Part shown: one piece after another, positions 53,496 to 64,000 of the stretch
Position numbering within the stretch: position 1 is the stretch's first letter
How the letters are laid out: each line of letters begins with the position of its first letter
Assembly (NCBI GenBank): GCA_951406725.2
Contig: OX597815.1
Coordinates: forward strand, 140,306,001-140,370,000
DNA from: Octopus vulgaris
Lineage: Eukaryota
Reading direction: 5' to 3'
Length of the DNA: 64,000 nucleotides
Translations under genes and position numbers: made by a program
Notes under the pieces: model-generated
What the model was told of the DNA's origin: nothing
Seen by the model: the letters and a program-made list of their open reading frames with translations, nothing else
The model's database searches: none

Positions 53496-54239
53496 GTATC
53501 TTACTAAGTTATCAAAAGATGAAACTATTTTTTCGTTTACTGAAAAGGCAACGTTTTGGACTTACGACACTCTTGCATAATAGCAGTATTGCTATATTAA
53601 TTTTCCTTCCTGCGTATATCACTACATTAATTTCCCTTTGTTATATAATTACTATATTACTCCTTCTAAAATATATAATCATCAAAAGCAAGTGAATGTT
53701 AATTTCAGAGTTTAAACTTAGCAATCACAGGCTCTGAACTAAATAATACATAAACAACATAACCGTTTCTACTCGACTGATGTATTCGGCTACACTCACA
53801 TATATTAACCATACACACACAAGTTAATTTTGCAATTATATTACAGATCGATATTTTTAAACGTAAAGCTACAAATTAAAAATGACGATTAATTTGCTGT
53901 TGCTGTTATTGCTTAGTCCCAGCTCATCTATGAGCAAATATCCCCAATGACCTAAATCATTAAAACCGTGTTCATTACGACGTTTCTCGTACTACATTAC
54001 CCAAAATGTTGTTTCTGAAGAAAATGAAGTCTATTTGAGAGAGACTTAGTAGCTATTTTCTGGTAGGTCGATTAAAAATGTAGAAGCTGCTACACGACAA
54101 ATTGTACAAAAGGTACAACAATAGAGGCTATTAGCATTTTTGGACTCTACTTTTTTTGAGAGTTTTACTGTGAATCAAACAGCCAATAAAAACTGGTTCA
54201 CCAAAACTCTCTTATGTACACTGCAGTCTACATAAATAG

Positions 54240-55850
54240 TTATTTCTACAACAGACACAAACCCTGGAATTTGAAGGTAATGGTGGTGGATGACTAATTT
54301 GTTACACCACGCCCAGTGCTCAACTGGCACTTATTTTATCGAACGAAAATGTCAACCTTCAAGGAATTTGAACTCTGTTCGTAAAGGTGAAAGAAATTCC
54401 ACTAAGCATTTTGACCAGCGTATTAATGATTCTGCCAGCTCACCCCTTTCTAACCATTTCAACTATAGGCACAATGCCTGAAATTTTCATAATACATTGA
54501 CTCCAGTGTTCCACTGGTGCTTAATTTATTGGTACGGAAAGGATGAAAAGCAAAGTCTACTTCGGCGGAATGTGAACTCAGAACACAAAGACAGACGAAA
54601 TGTTAAGCATTCCGCCGCAAACGTTTTTGCCAGCTCACCGCTTTTATAATCTAAATAAATAATGATTACTTAATATGATAGGAAATGTGGCGCATATAGA
54701 AACTTTATGTAATAATTCTTCTTTCTAATTTATAAGTCGGGAGAAATGCTTAGCCGGGAGAAATGCTTAGGGGTATTTCGTCCGCCACTGCGTTCTGAGT
54801 TCAAATTCCGCCGAGGTCGACTTTGCCTTTCATCTTTTCGGGGTCGATAAATTAAGTACCAGTTACGCACTGGGGTCGTTGGAATCAACTTAATCCGTTT
54901 GTCTGACCTTGTTTGTCCCCTCTATGTTTAGCCCCTTGTGGGTAGTTTAGAAATAGGTATTTCGTCTGCCGTTACGTTCTGAGTTCAAATCCCGCCGAAG
55001 TCGACTTTGCCTTTCATTCTTTCGGGGTCGATTAAATAAGTACCAGTTACACACTGGGGTCGATATAATCGACTTAATCCGTATGTCTGTCCTTGTTTGT
55101 CCCTCTCTATGTTTAGCCCCCTGTGGGCAATAAAGAAATAAATACTTCTTTCTAATTTAAGTAAAAGCTCGGTAATCGTGAGAGAAGGGGGTTTGTCAAA
55201 AGCAGTACTTGACTGAGACGTGGAAGGATGAAAGTGAAAGTTCAGTCGTAGAAGAGATGTGAATTTAGAACGTAAACTACCGGAACAAATATCAGAAAGT
55301 ATTTTGTCCGACACTCTAGTGATTTACTCACTCAATCGCACTTATTTTGGCTCAAGGTCAGACATTTTGAGTGGAAGAGGGTTATTTGATTATATTAACC
55401 CCAGTACTTGACTAGTGCTTTGTTATATCGATTCCGAAAGGATAAGAGGCAAATTTGATCTTGGCGGGATAAGAAATCAATGGTTAAAGAACCGAAACAT
55501 ATACCATAAAGCGTTTTACTGGTGCTCTAGCGATTCTGCCAGCTCACCGCCATTATGGTTACTGATGTTGACACAGGCCAACAGTTCTGAGGGGAGGGGC
55601 TAGTCAATATCATTGACTTCAGTAATTGATTGGTACTTTCATTTATCTTCCTCTCAAGGTTGAAAGACAAAAATTCACCTCCGTAGGATTTGAGCTCAGG
55701 ACGTAGACATCCGTAACAAACTGTGCAAAAACAAGGCTGGCAATTTTGAGGCAATGACAGTACCATTAACCCCATTGATTCCGGCAGTATCATTAACCCC
55801 AGCACATGACTGGTATTTTAGTTTATCAAATTCGCAGGCTGAAAGGCAAC
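54240..55850. mobile_element. Cluster of SINE family 2 copies in both orientations (54735-55140 +, tandem; 54240-54640 and 55150-55850 -)
   Basis: Repeated gtcgactttgcctttcat..ttcggggtcgat and its reverse complement. Confidence 0.8.
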
Positions 55851-56033
55851 ATTGTGTAGGAAAACTTTGAAATGTTATGAAATATTGCAGTAATCTTTAC
55901 TGTATGTAAACACATAGGCACAAAGGATATCATTTAGAAATTTTAAAGTGGTCACCAAAATCCAATGATAAATTACTCCTGTACTACCAAATCGAAGTAA
56001 AAATAACAACATTTAGGACAGAGAGGGAGGGAA

Positions 56034-56089
<56 letters not shown>

Positions 56090-56486
56090 CAGCTATTTGA
56101 TCGAAACTTTTGTATGCACGTAAGATACATATCTTTTTCATAACGCTGTAAAGTTGACGACTATCTGCTATCTTTGAAATGATTGAATAGAATAGAGTAT
56201 GGATAGAGAATATTTATTTTAAAGTTCACAAGTAGATAAACTGCAACACGATGATGATGGCTATCTATTTCAACAGTTAAATATTCACACCAACAGTCTC
56301 ATATGAAGAATGACGCCGTTTGCATAATGAAGTAAACTGCATGAAGCGTTTAAGGAAGTGCCTAAGTTTTTTAACAGCTTAAACCTTGACTTCCCATGAA
56401 TATGATCTATTGTGAACTGAACTGAGAATGGAATTATATATACATATACATACACACACACACACATACACACATACACACATACA

Positions 56487-56529
<43 letters not shown>

Positions 56530-56859
56530 ACGTGTATATATTTTATTATATATATTAAAATAGATTTATTAATTCACCTTGGCAGTGTTGTAAGATGTTT
56601 GCTTCCCATTATATAGTTTCATGTTTAGTCCCACTGCAGGGATTAGGCAATCGTCGTCTACTACAGCCTGGGGTTGACCAAATCCTTGCGAGTGGATTTG
56701 GTAAACGGAACAGGAAAAAAGCCCGTCGTATGTAAACACACACACGCAAACGCACGCGAGTGTCACACTAACACACGTTGAATATTTTATATATTTGCTT
56801 ATGTGCGTATATGTATATATAATTATCCTGTATATATGTGTGCGTATAAAGAAAGCATG

Positions 56860-56960
<101 letters not shown>

Positions 56961-57001
56961 CTATATATATACATATATCTATATGTATGTATGTATGTAT
57001 G

Positions 57002-57052
<51 letters not shown>

Positions 57053-57116
57053 GCACACACACATACATGTATTTCTGTATAGCAAAAATCAGTATTAGTT
57101 CTTTGCTGCTGCCTCT

Positions 57117-57375
<259 letters not shown>

Positions 57376-57435
57376 CCCCTGCTTCTTATGCAAACATCAA
57401 CTACAGTAACATCATTAATATATTTGGAGTTGCAA

Positions 57436-57483
<48 letters not shown>

Positions 57484-57810
57484 TATGGCTGCAGCTCTGA
57501 GATAAAATTACAGAAAAAAAGGGCTTATAATAATCAGGCACTGATCAGATAGCTCTGTGTATATATAGGCTTATCCGTCTAAGACGAAACATTACAAGTT
57601 CTTGAAGTATTACACCTGGAATTATTGGTGGTGGTTGAGTTGAGAGCTACATAAACTACAACATGGTTGTAATGGTGGTGGTCGTAGTGGTTGAGTTGAG
57701 AGTTGTTACATAAACTGCAAAGTGATTGTAGTGGTGGTGGTGGTAATGAACTGAATTGGATGATGACAAAGGTTGTGGTGGTTGTGATGATATTAATAAC
57801 GACGTCGTAG

Positions 57811-57852
57811 ATGATGACAATGACGATGACGATGATGATGATGATGATGATT

Positions 57853-57898
<46 letters not shown>

Positions 57899-57910
57899 CG
57901 ATGATGATGA
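57811..57910. repeat. (ATG)n microsatellite
   Basis: Directly visible. Confidence 0.97.
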
Positions 57911-58834
57911 AAAATGGTGGCGGTGTTTGTAGTGGTCGTTGCAGTGATGATGATAAAGTTAATGATGGCGAGAAGGAGGATGATTACGTCGACAATTACA
58001 GTATCGGCAGTCTACGCGTTGTAGCATCGTATTATATAGTTAATGAAAGCCTTGCTTAAATGGTGTTAAAGTACAAATGTCCGAGCCTGATGTGTTTCTA
58101 AGTTTGCCACACAGTTTATTCCTAGTTATTTTTAGTGCAATAATTTGGTTGTTTCTGATGTCTTTATGATTGAATCTTGAAAAAGAGGAAGGTCAGTTTA
58201 CGGATCGTGCTTTCATTAAAGGCATACATTTTTAGATCACAATTGCCTGAAGATATCATTTTGAATGATATAATATAAACGTCCATTGCTCTGCAATAAC
58301 TTTGTTAGTGAAATCCTGGGTCGCAGATTTCCTAGCAACGTAGTTTCGGATTAATCGATGTAGAAAATTATTTTCTTACTTCAGTCAACAGAAATAATAA
58401 CTGGTGTGTAGAGACTAGATCAAACTGGAAAAATGATGCGTAATTCAATGCACAACTAATGTCAAGTATTTAATTTTATTTAAATACGCTGAAACAAGCG
58501 AATAAAATAAAAACATTGATTAACTTTCGTCGACCAATATAGAAAGGATATTAATACATCAAGTTTCCTTTGAAAACGAATTTTAATTCGGGATTTTGTG
58601 CCTAATTCAATTTATTTGAAACTGCTCGTATCTTAAATAAAGACCTTAGCAAGTCCACCTTGCACTACCCATTTACCGTTCTTAATGAGAAAACATTGCG
58701 AAGCTAAGATATGTTTTAAACTGTTTTACCAGATTTAAACTTGGACAATACATGCATACATTCATACATACATACATGCATATACATATATGTATGTATA
58801 CATACATATACATGCAAAACATATACATACATAC

Positions 58835-58867
<33 letters not shown>

Positions 58868-58911
58868 TGTATGTATGTATGTATGTATGTATGTATGTAT
58901 GTATGAATGTA

Positions 58912-58961
58912 TCTGTGAATAGAGTGTATATGTTTTCCAAAATATACACTCTATTCACAGA
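58912..58961. repeat. Perfect 20-bp stem, 10-nt loop hairpin
   Basis: TCTGTGAATAGAGTGTATAT-gttttccaaa-ATATACACTCTATTCACAGA. Confidence 0.9.
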
Positions 58962-59513
58962 CACGCATACACGCATATACACATTTATGTGGTGGATATG
59001 TATGAAGACAGCTGTATGTGTGTGAGTGAATGTGTGTGTGTATGTGCGGCCTCATACAAAGTACAGAGTGTTCTATAATTGTACAAGTGGCAAAATAGTT
59101 CGAAGCTATTAAGTTAGGGTCCAATGATTTCTCTTCAGAGGCTAATCAAATAAAAAAAAAAACAGAAAAAAATGTGAGCAATAAAAAATGTAAAGTATCA
59201 TGTGAATAATGGGTAGAGTGGTTTCCTTATGATATTTTTTTTATTTAGGGCCATTTCTTTCTTTAGAATAACCTAAACCAACCTACCACGCCCCTCCTTT
59301 CTCCCAAATACTATTCAAAATTGTTCTTTCCTTTTCATTTGTAATCCACACATGGTTTATTTTTATCGTTCTTCGTTACTCTCCGAGGAAGCGACGTTGA
59401 GTCCTGGCATAGCGATTTCGAAACTTTTGTTAGTTTAATGGACACCGTACTAAAAACATACTTCATTGTACATTTAATATATTAAGTTCTACTTCATGTG
59501 CATGGGTTCCTTA

Positions 59514-59897
59514 TCTCTCTCTATATAAACGGCAGTTTGTCTGTGTGTGTTTCTGTGTGTCTGTTTGGTTGTACCCTCACTCTGACCATGGCTATCAACC
59601 GATTCTGATGAAACTTGACACACACATAGCCCAATATCATAATTCAAAACTAACGCAGCGAAAATTTTGAAAAGTTCCCCCAGTTCTGAAAAAGATTGAT
59701 AAATTCGACATGGGGTCGACAATCAGAAACACAAACCACAGATGGTCTAGGGGACGCAACTCGACCTTTTTAACTATCAAAAAAAATTACCATCATTTTT
59801 ATTCCCATTTTTTTGCTATTTTTTGGCCATAACTCTCTAAAAATGCTTTATAGTTATTTCCCTTACAAACCCGAGCAACGCCGGGCGATACTGCTAG
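59514..59897 (+). mobile_element. Non-autonomous Helitron with type A 3' end and a different 5' half
   Basis: A|TCTCTCTCTATATAAACGG...acaaacCCGAGCAACGCCGGGcgatactgCTAG|T. Confidence 0.85.
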
Positions 59898-60807
59898 TCA
59901 TATATAAATAGCTATATATACATATGCATTTGCACCTATATTTATACACGTGAAAATATATACATCTATATATTCAAAGAATGCTTATTTTTTTACTTTT
60001 TCTTGAAGATTGTTTGACCACAGTGGCAGGATGACGACCAGGTCCAGCCTGTGATACACTGGGATACCTGTCAAGCCAGACCTGTTCCCTTGACGTTCCC
60101 AACCTTTCTTGCCATTTACGGAATCTGTTTGAGACAGAGTAAGTCATGATATCTCGCCACAAGTGCATGTTTAAGTTTCTGCCAACCAACTAATTGAAGG
60201 ATTTTACTGAGATTTCAGTAAGTACATGTGCAGACGAATAATTTTCAGTGTGTGTAGCTTGCACTGCACTACCCCTACTATTGGCCCAAGAAGACTTTCG
60301 CTGGTGTGACATGAACATTGACAAAAGCAGGAACTTCCAAGGCCTCAGGTTTTATTTCGGAGATTTTCTTCTCCAAGGTAGATTACCAGCCAAGGTTAAA
60401 GAGCTTCTACCTGCCCGTGAGGTAAGCTATCTAATTCCAGTCACCAAACCGACACTCAAACACTCTGTAAGGTGATCAAATATCACTCTGGTAACCGACG
60501 CGGAATAGCTCATTCATTAAAGAAAAAAAAAGAAAGAAAGATACGATATGTGATTTGCATATGTAAATAAGAATTATATATAAATATAAAAAAGTAAAAG
60601 ATATGCAATAAATATAAAGATATAAAATGAAAGTAAAAATATACATATATATATATATACATATAAAATATCTATGTGGGTGTCTTTTCATAACATTGTC
60701 TGGTTTAAAAAGCCACATCAGACGCCATGATGGTGCTAAGGTGTAGGTATAGAAGGTGGTCAAACTCTGTATAAGGAGTAGACAACCACCATATATATAT
60801 ATATATA

Positions 60808-60859
60808 TAATTTGTCAAAATATTTTCGTCGCTTTGAGACCGCGACCTGTTCACTGTAT

Positions 60860-60913
<54 letters not shown>

Positions 60914-61096
60914 ATACAGTGAACAGGTCGCGGTCTCAAAGCGACGAAAATATTTTTACAAATTAAATTTAAATAAAGTAAATCTAACGGTTTTGTGTGT
61001 TTCTTAAATGGCTTATAAACACCGTCCACGCTGCAATTGTTTTCGTCCCAGCACACGATCTCCGATCGAGTCACTCGCTATGCAAGTACATCTCCG

Positions 61097-61100
<4 letters not shown>
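60808..61100. mobile_element. Fold-back element of the 12960-13284 family in (TA)n, with a palindromic (CA)n(TA)n(TG)n centre
   Basis: tttgtcaaaatattttcgtcgctttgagaccgcgacctgttcactg / cagtgaacaggtcgcggtctcaaagcgacgaaaatatttt; both arms keep GUGAACA...GAAA. Confidence 0.85.
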
Positions 61101-61147
<47 letters not shown>

Positions 61148-61227
61148 TATATATATATATGTATGTATATATAGGTATTTATATACATATATTATATATA
61201 TATATATATACACACATATTCATATAC

Positions 61228-61277
<50 letters not shown>

Positions 61278-62111
61278 TCTTTTTCAATTAAAACATCATC
61301 GTAAACTACTACTCTTATGCGTATCGTATAAAATGTGACATTCAGTAAATAATAATAGGAAGTAGTTATAATTATCCAAAAAACTGGAACGAAAAAAACA
61401 AAAAAAAAACTAGTACAATATGCAACAATAATTTTACCGTTCTGTTTAAAAGTGTCGTTTTGTGTTTATTTGGATTTTCTCCAAGTATATTGTTTTGATC
61501 ATCATTAGATTCCCATAAGCTCCGCTCCTCTACTTAAAGTGCATCGCTAATTGTTTTGGGCCGACATAGGCTATAGACACAGTTCGATTTTTTCAGAATA
61601 ATTCTTCTTTGTTAGAAATTATGATAGTTTACTCTGCAAGATTTGTTACAGAAATATGTTTTTAATCTCTTTTTCTTTAAGAGGAGAAACATTATAACTA
61701 ATATATTTGATCAGAATGTAGTTGATATACAATATTTCTGAAATATTGGAAAGATATCTAAATAGATGAAACAAAATATAAAACAAATGTAGCTGAAGAG
61801 ATATAATTGTTTTAGATAGGAAGGTGAGAAATTGTATAATAACAAGCAAGTGTGAAGGTATACTTCTGCCGTGTTTAGACAAATCTGAGATTATCTCAGA
61901 GTGGTTATATTTTTATGAGATTATTCGATTATTCTGAAACACACACACAAAAAAAAAAAAAATAACCAAAACAAAACAGAAAAAAATCCTTCAACAGTTT
62001 GTGGTTCCATAGTGAATTTATGTCACTTTTTTTACGTATACAGAATATTTATATCTTCCTCGCTTAGTTTAGAAGTTTCTCTTGTTGCTCTGTTTGATAT
62101 ATATATGTATG

Positions 62112-62165
<54 letters not shown>

Positions 62166-62189
62166 TGCGTGCATGCGTGAGTATATATG

Positions 62190-62245
<56 letters not shown>

Positions 62246-64000
62246 ATATATGTATATATATGTATATATGTATATATGTATATGTATATGTATCTATAAA
62301 TATGTATGTATGTATATATATATATATATAGATGTATATATATATATACATACATATATATACACACATATATACATGCACATTCACACCCACACATACA
62401 CACCCACACATACACACACATATGTATATATGTATACATATGGATTAAGAGTATTCCATTGAGAAATACTGAAGCTGTAACATTCTGGCATGAAGCTGTT
62501 GCGTCAATTTATTTTCTAAAAATAGGATATCAGATGTAGTAAGTTTTCCCTTTGGGTTAGTGAATACATTTACGTGTTATACGTTTATTTCGAGTTAAGT
62601 GGAAATGGAGAAGCTTGGTTTTCTTCATGTATCACAAATGATATATTGCTGTTGATTTAATAAGTTATTTGGGTTTAAAACAGAGTAAAAGGCAAATGGA
62701 ATAAGATCATGTCATCTGGTTCGCTGTTTGATCCCGTTCGTTTCTATTTAAAATATTGATTACAAGTAATAAAGATGTACACGGTCATTCAACTGTATCT
62801 TTACTCGTTTCGCGCTTGAGAAATAAATTTTGATATAGTTTACAGAGAAATAGATAACTTTAATAGATAATATTTGTGTTACTTTCATTATTGTCGTTGC
62901 CTTTGCGGCATTTTTTGTTCTTGATTTAACACTAACCTTTATCACAGGTTCATCATGCTTAATAAACTTATACTTCTGTAACAGAGTACTAGAAATACGT
63001 TTTCAAAAGTATTTCTAGCCATTAAATTCTTTGTATCGTTATATTTCGCGGTAATATATAAATACCAAATTCTATGAATTGTGCTGTTCTATCCATCATG
63101 TCAAGTCATAAAAAAATGATCATATGCAATTTATTACATCTACCCAGTGAAAGTTTCAGATTTTCATATCTAACCATCAAAATATGTAGATTTAATTTTC
63201 ATATCTATCATCAAGTCTTCGGATCTTGTCATTGTATACAGTTATCAAAATATTCAGATCTATCCATCAAAACCTCAGATCTATCCACCGCATCTAACTG
63301 TCAATACTTTCACTTCTTATCATGATATCTCGCCACCAAAAATCCAAGATATAGTCATTAACACCTTCACATCTTGCAATAATAACGAGCAGTCTCATCT
63401 AACAAATTAACATTTTCACTTCTTGCCAGCATATCTACCCATCATATCTAGGACAGGTTATAGAGGGAATCATAAAAATGAGTATTGTTGGACGTGGCGG
63501 GGAGTAGGCAGTTGATGAATAAAAATAAGAGGTGATTGCAAAACTGAGCCCTGAGACACATTTGAATTGCTGGAGTGTAGAGTAGAGAGAAAACTCCGCC
63601 TACGCATATGTGATTGAATGGTCTGATAGGAAGCTAATAATCCATGGAATAAGAGACAGTTGGAGCTCGTAGCTTGTGGTTTCGCTAAGAGATTAGTATG
63701 CTAAATATTGTTGGAACCTATACTGGCGTCAAGGACTTTTACCAAATTTCTTTAAGGCGAGAAGATCCCACTGGTGAGCTTCACATAATTATAGAAAGAA
63801 TATATGTCAACCGACAAAGGGACACACACAGATAAGAAATATCGAGAGAATATTGAGATAGACAGAAAAAACAAGTAGTTAAGACATACTGAGGGAACAT
63901 TCACATAGACTCAGAAAACACATAAACAGATGGAGAGAAAACATGTCGACATAACTCGAGAGAACCCATATAGTCAGATAGAGATAACGTATCTAGATTG

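Noticed and set aside
58240-58292. CUGAAGA followed by a 7-bp hairpin
   Set aside because: The GAAA core is missing after stem II.

Overview
AT-rich, microsatellite-dense eukaryotic intergenic or intronic DNA. The SINE families and repeat make-up look like an octopus/coleoid cephalopod genome (inference, not verified). No intact protein-coding gene is recognisable, and nearly all ORF-track entries are microsatellite or SINE artefacts. The window holds three tRNA-derived SINE families, a cluster of non-autonomous Helitrons (some joined head-to-tail), and decayed mariner, Chapaev3-like, hAT, RTE and R4/Dong-like fragments. Two signals stand out. (1) Several short fold-back elements sitting in or next to (TA)n tracts carry type I hammerhead-ribozyme folds, as known for Penelope-like element termini. 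Two have complete CUGAAGA/GAAA/GUA cores with an unusual U.U base of stem II (9074-9128 and 48503-48588, both minus strand). One family shows a compensatory G3-C8 core swap (13156-13206). (2) A ~660-bp inverted duplication (3182-3838 / 9896-10556) has a near-identical core containing an intron-like segment and a 28-codon Cys-rich ORF whose only two differences between copies are synonymous.
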